The translations under genes and the position numbers were made by a program. This document shows, piece after piece, positions 22,886 to 35,395 of a stretch of DNA of 43,029 nucleotides; positions within the stretch are counted from its first letter, which is position 1; each line of letters begins with the position of its first letter. This DNA comes from Octopus bimaculoides. Lineage: Eukaryota. Where the stretch lies: assembly GCF_001194135.2 (NCBI RefSeq), contig NC_068996.1, forward strand, positions 31,028,441 to 31,071,469, given 5' to 3'. The notes under the pieces are model-generated. The model ran no database searches, was not told the DNA's origin, and worked only from the letters and a program-made list of their open reading frames with translations.

Positions 22886-23676
22886 NNNNNNNNNNNNNNN
22901 NNNNNNNNNNNNNNNNNNNNNNNNNNNNNNNNNNNNNNNNNNNNNNNNNNNNNNNNNNNNNNNNNNNNNNNNNNNNNNNNNNNNNNNNNNNNNNNNNNNN
23001 NNNNNNNNNNNNNNNNNNNNNNNNNNNNNNNNNNNNNNNNNNNNNNNNNNNNNNNNNNNNNNNNNNNNNNNNNNNNNNNNNNNNNNNNNNNNNNNNNNNN
23101 NNNNNNNNNNNNNNNNNNNNNNNNNNNNNNNNNNNNNNNNNNNNNNNNNNNNNNNNNNNNNNNNNNNNNNNNNNNNNNNNNNNNNNNNNNNNNNNNNNNN
23201 NNNNNNNNNNNNNNNNNNNNNNNNNNNNNNNNNNNNNNNNNNNNNNNNNNNNNNNNNNNNNNNNNNNNNNNNNNNNNNNNNNNNNNNNNNNNNNNNNNNN
23301 NNNNNNNNNNNNNNNNNNNNNNNNNNNNNNNNNNNNNNNNNNNNNNNNNNNNNNNNNNNNNNNNNNNNNNNNNNNNNNNNNNNNNNNNNNNNNNNNNNNN
23401 NNNNNNNNNNNNNNNNNNNNNNNNNNNNNNNNNNNNNNNNNNNNNNNNNNNNNNNNNNNNNNNNNNNNNNNNNNNNNNNNNNNNNNNNNNNNNNNNNNNN
23501 NNNNNNNNNNNNNNNNNNNNNNNNNNNNNNNNNNNNNNNNNNNNNNNNNNNNNNNNNNNNNNNNNNNNNNNNNNNNNNNNNNNNNNNNNNNNNNNNNNNN
23601 NNNNNNNNNNNNNNNNNNNNNNNNNNNNNNNNNNNNNNNNNNNNNNNNNNNNNNNNNNNNNNNNNNNNNNNNNNNN

Positions 23677-23710
<34 letters not shown>

Positions 23711-24648
23711 ACATACATACACATCACATGTATATATATATACTTATATGAATATAATATATACATATTAAATGCTGAATCTGTGTTAATCACTACTCGG
23801 AGTTGAAATTTAACGTGACTGATTAAAATGCAAAAATCTACTCCATAATCACTAACCAGGAGATTAAAATCATAACACACGCAAGATATTGACGCATCAA
23901 TGTAAAACGATTGCAATGAGTCGATTCAATATACAATGAACATAGCTAGTTACCCGAATTCCAGCCACGATTTAAGGTTTAACGTACAAATCTTACCAGT
24001 CGTCTTTTCATTTTAGTGCACAACATTTTCCCAAAGCCATAGACACCAGAATTTATCAAACAGGAAAAACATCTCACCACCTTACTCTTCATTTTACATC
24101 ACAAATAGTTAAAGTCAACGCAAGAAGCCTTTCACGTATTATCAACTCCCAAATTCTTCTAGTATACGATTATATTAAGTCTATAACATGGTGGTGGTAT
24201 TCTAAAATCAGAAGAAAAGATAGGATAAAAAGAACATCACAGGAGAAAAATGAGACGGACATTTGAAAAAAAAAAAAAAAAAAAGAGAATAAGTTCGATA
24301 AAGCTAAAAGAAATGCATTGAAAGTAGAAAACAGAAATGATGACAAAATGATATAACAAATTGGTCGAGAAATGAATACGTAAGTAGTTAAAGTGTACTC
24401 ATCAAGGACAAAAATTGAAAGATCTTTATATACGCAGAAGAATACGTTGCACGTTTGGTGGAGCATTTCCAAGACAGACTGAGTCAACATTTTTGGATTT
24501 CAGGAAAAAATCTACAAACATTTTATTCAGTAGTGAATCCTCAGCCCAACACAGAATCTGCAATGTTGACATGTTTATGTAGGTATATGTACGTGTATAT
24601 GTATGCACGTAAGTACGTTTATATATATATACATATACATATACATAT

Positions 24649-24703
<55 letters not shown>

Positions 24704-24743
24704 CACACACATATGCTCACACACACACATATATTCACACAGA

Positions 24744-24791
<48 letters not shown>

Positions 24792-24793
<2 letters not shown>

Positions 24794-25935
24794 TGAGAAA
24801 GTTGGTATGTGAAAGCACGTGGTTGGATGTATAAAAGATAATAAGAGAGAAAAAACTACAGAAGGCTTGTGTTACATGGTTAAAGTATATATTTAAATCA
24901 TGCCAGAAAAATGTTAGAAAAATNNNNNNNNNNNNNNNNNNNNNNNNNNNNNNNNNNNNNNNNNNNNNNNNNNNNNNNNNNNNNNNNNNNNNNNNNNNNN
25001 NNNNNNNNNNNNNNNNNNNNNNNNNNNNNNNNNNNNNNNNNNNNNNNNNNNNNNNNNNNNNNNNNNNNNNNNNNNNNNNNNNNNNNNNNNNNNNNNNNNN
25101 NNNNNNNNNNNNNNNNNNNNNNNNNNNNNNNNNNNNNNNNNNNNNNNNNNNNNNNNNNNNNNNNNNNNNNNNNNNNNNNNNNNNNNNNNNNNNNNNNNNN
25201 NNNNNNNNNNNNNNNNNNNNNNNNNNNNNNNNNNNNNNNNNNNNNNNNNNNNNNNNNNNNNNNNNNNNNNNNNNNNNNNNNNNNNNNNNNNNNNNNNNNN
25301 NNNNNNNNNNNNNNNNNNNNNNNNNNNNNNNNNNNNNNNNNNNNNNNNNNNNNNNNNNNNNNNNNNNNNNNNNNNNNNNNNNNNNNNNNNNNNNNNNNNN
25401 NNNNNNNNNNNNNNNNNNNNNNNNNNNNNNNNNNNNNNNNNNNNNNNNNNNNNNNNNNNNNNNNNNNNNNNNNNNNNNNNNNNNNNNNNNNNNNNNNNNN
25501 NNNNNGCATCTTATTACATAAATAAGATTTTCTGAGGCACAAGTAAAGTTAGATTTAACTTTGAATTTGTGTCCCTCTTTGAAGAGGAATTCTGAACCTT
25601 CTAGAATGTTTGGGCATGTTGCACAATTTGGTCGACCACATTTTTTTACTTTCGCATCTGTTTCGGAAAATACTTTTGCCTTTGTGAGGATCTTTTTCAG
25701 TGATTTTGGTTGTTTGTGGCTTTTGATGATTTTGTGTGTGTGTAAAATTTCCTTTAATTTGGGGTCCTTATGTAGCATTGGTATGTTTTGAGTGATGATG
25801 GTGAAGGCTTCTTTGTTTCTGGGGTTGTATGTGGATATGTACGGCAGTATTTTCGGGGAATGTGTGTTGCTGTGTTTAACTTTTCTTAAGTTTTCTATGT
25901 TAATTTGTGATGCACGTCTGATTCCATCCTCTCCC
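24792..25935 (-). mobile_element. 5'-truncated Penelope-like element flanked by (TA)n (middle lost in gap)
   Basis: An open frame of about 143 aa at 25935-25506 reads ...LPYISTYNPRNK...KSHKQPKSLKKILTKAK...KKCGRPNCATCPNI...FTCASENLIYVIRC, the PLE linker Zn motif leading into GIY. (TA)n lies at both outer ends. Confidence 0.88.
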
Positions 25936-27309
25936 TCTCTATATATATATATTCACACACGCACACACGCATGCCCCCCACACACAAACGCAAATGCACA
26001 CATTATGTGGGGCTTGGAAAATTACATACATGGCAAAATGCAAAATACATTGCAAAATACAGTGTTCAGGAAATAAAAGACGAAACGCATTTAATTTAGA
26101 ACAGAAATCAGATGTAGAATGTAAAAGTTGGGTACACAACTTAGAATGGGTAAGTTGGCGTTTACTCATCCAATTGTTTTATAATTTTATAAATCCGATA
26201 TAATTTCCAATGTTAAGTTCAAGGTTAATTCAACATGAAGTAGAGTAATTGTAACCTATGCACCGCATAGGTTACAACTGCTGTTCTACGAATACACCTT
26301 GGCACTGCCTCATAAAACTGTGTAACACGTTTTTAGCCTTTGGATAGCAACTGTTATTTCCTGTTTGCTTACCCATGGACAGTATGAAAACCGGATAATA
26401 TTTCCTTCAAACTTTGCTTTTGTAACATACAAACTCAAAGAATTCCTCTCAACACATGGCTATGATGCTCCTTACTACTCCTTTTCATGATCAGAGATGC
26501 ACATATTGCCAACCACCAAGGGACATGCTCAAGTGGTTAAGTCGAACAACTGACAAACAGATCTGTGTTATTAAGCAGAATATTTGCTATAACGATACTT
26601 CTGCTTCAGTAATTTAGCTCTGAATCTGTCTGAAATGTAATGGAAAATAGGTCAGTTTCAAACTATTGATGTCCAAGTCACAAAAAAGCAAAGTCTGAAG
26701 GGAAGGGTAGTCATTTCATTTGAGTTATAGATAAAAGCAAATAGGAAATAAGACTTACTGAACAAAGACAAAAACAGAACAAAATTGCTAGTGTAACTGA
26801 TGAAATGCTGGTCTTTGGACAGCTGTTGTCTAGTTATCGTATGATATTTGTGAAGAAATTTGCTAATACAAATCGTTCAGCGAGTATTAGTGAAGCGTAA
26901 TTCAATGGTAGTTTGTACTACTCAGCTATCTATGCTCCTATCATTCTAGAGTTTGCTGACAACAGCCATAGAAAGCCTTTCATCTGATGGTTTGCTGCAG
27001 TAAAGTTGCACAACATTCCTAGGTGTGTATTCCAAGTCATCAGATCATCACCCAGAAAGTTTTGAATTCAAATTAAGCCTCAGCGTCTCTATTTTCGATT
27101 TAGTGAAATGTGTTTAATGTCACTACTGAAGTGAAGATTTCTCGTGTTAGTAAATAGTTTTGAATTTTTTATCATCAATGGTCCAGATTTCGTTTGCGTC
27201 TGTCATCTAGCCCAAATATTGCTATAATTATTGTTATAATAATTGCATTGTTAGCCACTTATTTATTACACACAGAGAGAGGTTTGAGGGCCATTCCTGT
27301 TTACTAGTC

Positions 27310-27990
27310 GACGTCATCGTCGTCGTCATGATATTATAACGAATGTCTTCTCGATTAAACGTGAATTCTCCAGGTGCCTTGCTGCTCCTGTCCAAACAGA
27401 TCGGGATATTGCCTATCCATTGCGTTTTTTGCCGGCCTCTTTATTTACTGTCCTCTACTCTCCCTTTCATGGTACTGTTTCCCAAACCTCTGTTTCTTCG
27501 AATATGGCTGTAATAGATATGCTTTTGTTTCTTCACAATGTTCAGGAGCTGTCGTGTTTTACCTACTTGCTGTAACATCTATTCATTTATCTGATGATCC
27601 TTGTAAGAGACACGTAACATTCTTTTACATCCATATTTCAAACGCTTTCATTATGTTCTCTTCAAGTTTGTTCAAAGTCGTTGCTTCACAACCACAAATG
27701 CCTATTGGCCAAATGAGCGCTACGCACGAGCCTTGTTTTTAACTTAGTTGAGAGACTTTTTTTGGTCTGGTTGATATTAGGCTTTTTCATAGACGTTCTT
27801 GCCATGGCTAATCGTGTCCTAATTTCTTTCTTACAAGTGGCTTTGTCAAAGATTTGGGCTCCAAGATACTTGTACAATTCAATCTGTTCAAGCCTTTCAC
27901 AGCCCAGTCTGATGTTAACATTCACTTTCTCCTTTCCAACAACCATAACTTTTGTTTTCTTATGGTTGAGATAAAGACCATGCGTAAATG
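27310..27990 (-). mobile_element. RTE-clade LINE 3' fragment (late RT/thumb to 3' end)
   Basis: ORF 27686-27946 reads ERLEQIELYKYLGAQI...KKEIRTRLAMARTSM...LKTRLVRS. A degraded C-terminus and a (GAC/GAT)n tail follow near 27310-27330. Confidence 0.8.
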
Positions 27991-28049
27991 CCTTAATAGG
28001 ATTTATTTTAATTCATCTATGTAAACTGTAGCAGTTCTTTCTGGATATC

Positions 28050-28345
28050 AATAAAGTCAAGCCACCAATAGAATTCTTGCTAGAGTGGTTAGTAGATTTT
28101 TAAGCGTTTTATTTATAATGAGATAGGAACATTCATTTTGGCCAACCTTCATCTCTATATCATTTGAGAATATTGTAGCTTGTTCAGGATTCTTCTCATA
28201 TTTTTGGTATATGCATTCCTGTCGTTCACGAAATATACCAAATGTTTTCTTGTGATCCGACCAAAATGTTATCAATTTCCTCTTTTACTGTCACAGCTCT
28301 GACATGACATTTTTGTTAATTAGAAGTTGTTCAGTACATGATAAA
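28050..28345 (-). mobile_element. R4-like RT fragment
   Basis: Minus strand reads CTEQLLINKNVM (about 28303-28338), then ITFWSDHKKTFG (a WLDYKKAFD equivalent), joined to FSNDIEMKVGQNECSYLII. These are degenerate R4-type RT motifs. Confidence 0.6.
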
Positions 28346-29569
28346 ATAATTCTACGATTTCATATAGCCACACAACGGCCTGGTTAAACCTTTTCTACTT
28401 GAAGTTTTTCTACAAAATGACTCTGTATCTTGAGAAAGACATATTATTATTGAATGTCTCCTCATGTCTGTGTCGATTACCGATTGAGTTCGATTGAATC
28501 TTTTGTTAATTACTGATCTTCCAGCTACTTTCACTGGCAGCTTTAACCTGTTTGAGAATGATCAATTTATGTTTAAGAGTTCTCATTTTACTGTCTAAAT
28601 ATTTTTCTATTTTCTATTTCAGTTTTTATTGGTAAGAGATATAGGTATCTGTTTGCTTACATTTGATAAGTATCAGCACATAGGTAATAGTCTTCCGTAC
28701 ATCAACGATCTGTTTTTTGTTTTTAGTATTTTCTATTTTATTGTTTTATTTTTGTTTTCCCTTTAATATCTTCAAGATGCTGCTTAATAATGATGTAAAG
28801 TGAATATAAACAGGTTTATTTACCAAAAGTAAGGGAGCATGATTCTGTTGCAAATATTCTCTGCTTATGCGTGTTATTATTAGCTGAATGTGTCACTTTT
28901 CAGTACTAAACAAATATGGATCGTTCTATAATCTTTTTATGAATTCTCTTTCATAATTTATAGTCCTGCTTTCTCCCATATTATGAAACACGTTATCGTG
29001 ACTGAAACTATAGTCACTAACAACTGCGTTATTAGAAAGTCACTCCGATTGCATGTCATCTCTGATCTATTGTTACATGTAGTATCTCCAACTCTCCTCT
29101 TCCGTGCAACAAATGTTGCTTGCTTGTAGTTCGACTTTGTCATCAAATAATTTAACACTGGGCAAGGTTCATCCCTGTATATTTTAATTCTGTTCATATA
29201 AGGTGGGATTTCAAATTGACATTTTACAGTAATTACATAGGCGTGTCGGCAATAGTGCATATATTTATGCATCTGTACATATATGAGCGTGGATGTAGGT
29301 TTGCATGCATATCATTACCAGTGTGAAATCGTTTGTTTTCAACTATACTTGGTGCATATGCGTACATTTGTATTATTTGTACATCATACAGGCTAAACCA
29401 GTGGAATATTTTCCAGCTACGTCAGTGGTTTGTAATTGTATGTTTACATGTCTTTCTGTTTGTTTACATGTCAGTTTGAATGCAGGTCTGTGTATTTATA
29501 CATACATACATACTATCATATGCATGAGAATACATACATACATGCATACATACATACATACTTACATAC

Positions 29570-29685
29570 AAACAAAAATACTCTGTTGTTGATGTTGAAA
29601 TTCCAATGAAAGAACCTTGGATCTAGGTTAGAAACTAGTTCTTTCTCTATTGGCAAGAAATCTTGGAATAAACTGAATAGTGACA
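29570..29685 (-). repeat. About 115-bp interspersed repeat embedded in (CATA)n, copy 1
   Basis: The reverse complement aligns to 35281-35395 (TTCAGTTTATT.CAAGATTTCTTGC.AATAGAGAAAGAAC...TTCATTGGAATTTCAACATCAACAAC). Confidence 0.85.
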
Positions 29686-30153
29686 TATATACATGCATGC
29701 ACACATCCATACATCCATACATACATAGAGGCAATTATACGGATAAACAAATTAGATACATTAAATACATTAGATATATTAAAAATATTAAATATATTAT
29801 ACAAAATAGTTTTGACTATGAAATACTAAATATGGATATATGTATACACGCAAAACGAGAGAAAACAAAAGGTGGAGACTTTCAGATGATGAGTTTTTTC
29901 GTTATAAATATATAGATATTTATATTAATAGATTCAACTCACACGGAGTACAAACGACAGTGAAAGTTAAAGCGGTGGAAGAAGGGTGTTATAAGTCCAA
30001 CAGCTGTTTCTGGGGACTCGGAGATCTATAATAATGTTGGTAGATGTGATTCGTCTCAATATGTGGCCATTATGGATACAATCAACATTGGATAGTACAT
30101 ACATATACATATCAAACATATATGCATGAATATGTATGTGTACACACACACAA

Positions 30154-30186
<33 letters not shown>

Positions 30187-30228
30187 CGCATATATATATA
30201 CGTATGTATATATATACGTGTATATCTA

Positions 30229-30266
<38 letters not shown>

Positions 30267-31019
30267 NNNNNNNNNNNNNNNNNNNNNNNNNNNNNNNNNN
30301 NNNNNNNNNNNNNNNNNNNNNNNNNNNNNNNNNNNNNNNNNNNNNNNNNNNNNNNNNNNNNNNNNNNNNNNNNNNNNNNNNNNNNNNNNNNNNNNNNNNN
30401 NNNNNNNNNNNNNNNNNNNNNNNNNNNNNNNNNNNNNNNNNNNNNNNNNNNNNNNNNNNNNNNNNNNNNNNNNNNNNNNNNNNNNNNNNNNNNNNNNNNN
30501 NNNNNNNNNNNNNNNNNNNNNNNNNNNNNNNNNNNNNNNNNNNNNNNNNNNNNNNNNNNNNNNNNNNNNNNNNNNNNNNNNNNNNNNNNNNNNNNNNNNN
30601 NNNNNNNNNNNNNNNNNNNNNNNNNNNNNNNNNNNNNNNNNNNNNNNNNNNNNNNNNNNNNNNNNNNNNNNNNNNNNNNNNNNNNNNNNNNNNNNNNNNN
30701 NNNNNNNNNNNNNNNNNNNNNNNNNNNNNNNNNNNNNNNNNNNNNNNNNNNNNNNNNNNNNNNNNNNNNNNNNNNNNNNNNNNNNNNNNNNNNNNTTATT
30801 TATCTAATTTCAGTGGAATCTATCCACTGGTTTTCAGAAATAGAGTTATTAATATTTCTAAGTCTCTCTAAAGGAGACTACGGCAGCGGTACTGGAAATT
30901 AATAGTTATCGCCAAGCCAACATGGCAGTCCCAAAATGAGGACGAAAGCTGCCGTGAATTAGCTCCAAGAAGCCATCGCCTCTAGCTAGCTATGTGACAC
31001 ACGAAACCTGTGTCCTTTA

Positions 31020-31159
31020 TAACCTTCGAACAGGGGAGGTCAGCAGTGTCCCCCTGCTGGTTTGGCATCTGCAGACTAGTTTCAGGGTGTTGCCCCTTGT
31101 CAATGCAGAGCAGCCAAGCCCTAGCCAGGCGGCGCTGCTGACTGTCTGCTCGAAGGTTA
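31020..31159. mobile_element. 140-bp MITE-like foldback
   Basis: Ends TAACCTTCGA...TCGAAGGTTA, with further pairing (GTCAGCAG/CTGCTGAC). TTTA directly flanks both ends (31016-19, 31160-63). Confidence 0.65.
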
Positions 31160-31306
31160 TTTATCATATATATATATAGATATAATTAACATGATATGGT
31201 AAAAATTCGATATTAACTAATATCAATTTAATACCAGGAAACTAGCACATTAAAAGAATCAGAAGGTTCAGGAAAAAATTTTTTCGAGATCCTAAAAGGA
31301 TTATAG

Positions 31307-31529
31307 TACTTTTGTATATAAGATTGACCAGTAACTGGTCTGTCAATATGATAGAAGAAGATCACTTGTAATTGTATGTTTACATGTCTTTCTGTTTGTT
31401 TACATGTCAGTTTGAATGCAGGTCTGTGTATTTATACATACATACATACATACTATAAGTGCGAATTTTTTAAGTGATCTTCTTCTAGCATATTGACAGA
31501 CCAGTTACTGGTCAATCTTATATACACAA

Positions 31530-31532
<3 letters not shown>
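31307..31532. repeat. 61-bp inverted repeat enclosing a copy of 29431-29516
   Basis: 31307-31367 versus the reverse complement of 31472-31532 shows 2 mismatches. Spacer 31367-31456 equals 29431-29516 plus one CATA unit. Confidence 0.92.
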
Positions 31533-31575
<43 letters not shown>

Positions 31576-32854
31576 GTAAATACACACACACAATGTATGC
31601 ATATATACATACACATGCATACACACAGACACATATACACACATCATTATAGAACGATTTCTCCTATAGACTTTGTGTGTAAACACCATAAATGCTCAAA
31701 AGTCACGTCAATGGGTACATTATAGTTGATTATTTTCTTGTGGCACCCGCTCTAGACACGTCATCTTACCAGAAAAACTGAAGATTAATCTCTACTGTAC
31801 ATTCTTTCCAGTCAGTATTTTCTGTTATGACATTGTCACCATTCACTTCTGTCTTTCTAATTTGTCCTGATAGGAAGTAAAAAAGAGAGAAAGATGGTAA
31901 AATAAAGAAGTTATTGAAAACAGAATTGTAGTTAGCCACTTGGTAGTTGTTGATAAAGAGGTTCAATGGGAGCCACATAATCGAGAGGATAAAAAGCAAT
32001 AGTTAATATCCGGATTGATGGAGAATAAGATAGGGAGAGAGAGAGAGAGAGGGAGAGAGAGAGGGGAGGGGGGTGAGAGAGAGGGAGAGAGAGAGGGAGA
32101 GAGAGAGAGAGAGAGAGAGTGTAATAGATATATACGGATATATGGTTGTAATAGCTTTCTCTGCTCAGTAGTATTTTGAAGAAAGTTTTTACACAATTTC
32201 CCCTCTACACTAGTGTTTTCCCTGCTTCTTTGTATCTCAGGTCAAAAGACACATCTGGTTATACTTTGTATCTGTTTGTGTTTGTTTCTCGTAGTCATAT
32301 GTTTCCGTTCAGTTATTTTTCATTCGTAAGACTTGATTTCTGTTTTCATTTTTATTTTGCTTCAAAGACAAGTGATATCAACTTTTACTAAGCATCGAAG
32401 TTGCATCGATTCTGGATCGATGAAATGGTGTGTGGTATTTGTCTGGTGTGTGTAATTGTTGTTCTTTGCCACTATATATATATGTAAATGTCGAACAATG
32501 AAATGAGTGCTTAATAACGCATTGGTGGATATATAATTTATTTATTTGTGAATTAAGGCTACCATTGGTTTCATATTAAGAAAAATAGGAAAATATCCTA
32601 GTGGCTTAACAAATGTTCAAGCCGTTCACATGGAGAAAGGTATTCACCTCCATATATATATNNNNNNNNNNNNNNNNNNNNNNNNNNNNNNNNNNNNNNN
32701 NNNNNNNNNNNNNNNNNNNNNNNNNNNNNNNNNNNNNNNNNNNNNNNNNNNNNNNNNNNNNNNNNNNNNNNNNNNNNNNNNNNNNNNNNNNNNNNNNNNN
32801 NNNNNNNNNNNNNNNNNNNNNNNNNNNNNNNNNNNNNNNNNNNNNNNNNNNNNN

Positions 32855-33350
32855 TACACGTGGTGGTATCAGAAAATTCACGAACTAGTTCTGTAGTGGA
32901 CCAGCAAATGGCAGCACACGGTTGCATGCACAGTAGGAGTTAGCAACGATCTTTATGAGGCAGTGTGTCGAGTGAGATCCCTGTGTTTACTTCGCAAGTT
33001 TGAAATTGGTGTTTTTGTAATCACGTGTATGCTATAGTTTTCGGTTTTGTCATGAACAGGAACAAAGAGCCAACATAAAATTTTGCGTTAAATTTGGGAA
33101 GTCTACTACAGAGACATTGAGCATGCTTCGGCAAGCTTACGGCGACGAGGCAATGGGTTGTTTGCAATGCTTCGAGTGGAAAAGTCACTTTAAAAGCGGA
33201 AGAATGTCCCTAGAAGACGATGAGCGATATGGAAGACCTACTACGAGTGATACACCCGGTAATGTGGAGAAAATTCATCAGCTTGTGCATGAGGATCGTC
33301 GGCAGACAATCAATGACATTGCTGATATTGTTGATCTATCGAAACGTTCC
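32855..33350 (+). mobile_element. Mariner transposon 5' fragment (TIR plus HTH part of transposase)
   Basis: ANIKFCVKFGKSTTETLSMLRQAYGDEAMG..QCFEW..HFKSGRMSLEDDERYGRP...IHQLVHEDRRQTINDIA, the mariner-family DNA-binding region. It is truncated before the DD34D domain. Confidence 0.9.
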
Positions 33351-33747
33351 TAATTTTTAAGTTGGTAGTGGCAGATTCCCATACCTCAGATCTACAGAGT
33401 AGTTATTGGACAACTACAATCTTGTAGACAACTATTCTTGTGCCGTGCTGAGATGTTGAAGACTATTGCTTGAAAGCAATCAAAGGCTGTTCCGACATAA
33501 CGAGTTTCGCTCTAAGACAACATTAGAAGATAGATGGTTTCCGACATAAATTAGTCGACATTCTTTGAAGGTCTCATCGTTCAGTTTGAAATGAAGGTAT
33601 TTGACACGACGCTTCTAAGAGAAGTTTGGAACAAAATCTGTTTACGTGAGGCTGACGTTCAGTTCTATATGGATTCTATAAGCATGATCGAACACTCGGA
33701 GGATGTTTTGCAGGTTTTTGTATGAACAACACTTTGTCGACTGCGTA

Positions 33748-34950
33748 CTGCAAAGCTAGCAGCAAGTATGTAATCTTATTCCTAGATTTCATTTGAATAG
33801 CTTATTATTTGTTCCATAGGCGATATCAATACTAAATGGCTACTTGTCCCAGATGATATGCATGTTATCGATGATCAATAGAGTCGATGGGTAAGTGTGA
33901 TGATATATCCTTGTATTACTTCTTTGTTACCTTGGAAAAGATGAGATGTATAATTGAGAAAGAACTTAGCAGAATTTTAACGAATTTTACGAATAACCAG
34001 CTGCTGCAAAAATGCGCGAGAGAAGACTACAATGGACGCTACTGAATGCCTCTCTTAGGTTTGTGAATGTCAGATACAAACATCTCATGCAAGTGTAATA
34101 TCGATATTACACTTGCAACGGTAAAGATCATCACCGTTCCTCGAGTTGGTCGGAATTCACTTTGCAACTTGAAAGGGATGGCTTCTGTAATTAGTCTGCA
34201 GCGAATGTTGACAATGCGACATGGAATGTTTTCTGCAATGAGCATCAGGAAGATTCTACAATATTTTAAGCAGTATGTTTTGTAGATGGTACAATCAATG
34301 CATCCTTGAGAACGAAAAGGATTTCTTCTTCAATTTTTCCAGAACTAACCGCGTCAACTCATGATGAATTGAAAAAGTTGATTCTGGAACGATACACATT
34401 ATTTTGAACCAGGAATGTTATCAATCACAGCAGTTTTATTGCCCTTCAAATTACAAAATTTATTATGGGGAGGCAGATTGTTTTTGTTGATGGTATATTG
34501 TTCAGATCCATACAGATCTCTTGCTTTGGAAGGAAACTGAGGATTTCATCTCGTTGATTTTAAAGTTGCGAATCATTATAAATTCAATACCAGTTTAACA
34601 CTACTACCAGCAACAGCTCCACACATCGTCTACGATGGGAAGGGATATTGTAAATTGAAGAATGGCAGATGAGTCAGGACAGTCAAACGGCAGGTAAGGG
34701 ACTGAAACTCTGAGGCGCAAAAAAAAAAAAATGGAATGCTTGAGTTTCGTGATTATTTGAATTAATAACGAATATCTGATGTAAATGCTCATTGAAATAA
34801 AAGAAAATGAAGGAAATACTGTACTGATTGAAAAAATAGAACCGGGAGAAGATTACATGAAACACAAAACTGTATCGCCTATGGAACAAATAATAAGCTA
34901 TTCAAACGAAATCTAGGAATAAGATTATATACTTGCTGCTAACTTTGCAG
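33748..34950. repeat. 78-bp inverted repeat pair enclosing 1047 bp
   Basis: 33748-33825 versus the reverse complement of 34873-34950 gives 75/78 identities, ungapped. Confidence 0.92.
34030..34500 (-). mobile_element. Degraded RTE-clade RT fragment
   Basis: ORF 34039-34245 contains LQSEFRPTRGTVMIFT (a QCGFRPGRGTxDMIFT equivalent). Upstream remnants of the IVPIYK and K.NKTAG motifs are visible. Confidence 0.6.
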
Positions 34951-35280
34951 AGGCTTATTTATATACATAAAAGTTATCACTTATCACAAGAAGTGTGAAA
35001 CTTCACGGCTCACCCGAACAGGAAGATGATTTAGGCAACTTCGGAGGACCCACTTTAAAAAAGGCGCTTAGAGCTGATTCTACCTAGGTGGTAACTTCTC
35101 AAAACTGTAGTAAGGCTTCATATATTTGGTACACCAAACAAAGAAAAAAGAATGTCTTTATCTGTACTTGAGTTTTGTACCAAACTTTTACTTATCATAT
35201 CATATGATAACTTTTACTTATCATATCAGTCTGAATTGGCAGCCTCCTCTTGCTATGTATGTATGTATATATGTATGCAT

Positions 35281-35395
35281 GTCATTATTCAGTTTATTTC
35301 AAGATTTCTTGCTAATAGAGAAAGAACCGGTTTCTAACCAAGAGCCAAGGCTCCTTCATTGGAATTTCAACATCAACAACGGGATATTTTTGTAT
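35281..35395 (+). repeat. About 115-bp interspersed repeat embedded in (TATG)n, copy 2
   Basis: Homologous to 29570-29685. (TATG)n lies on both sides. Confidence 0.85.

Noticed and set aside
29995-30035. Minus-strand GAAACAGCTGT (palindromic stem III-like); also near 19535-19550
   Set aside because: No CUGANGA core upstream; at most a decayed remnant.
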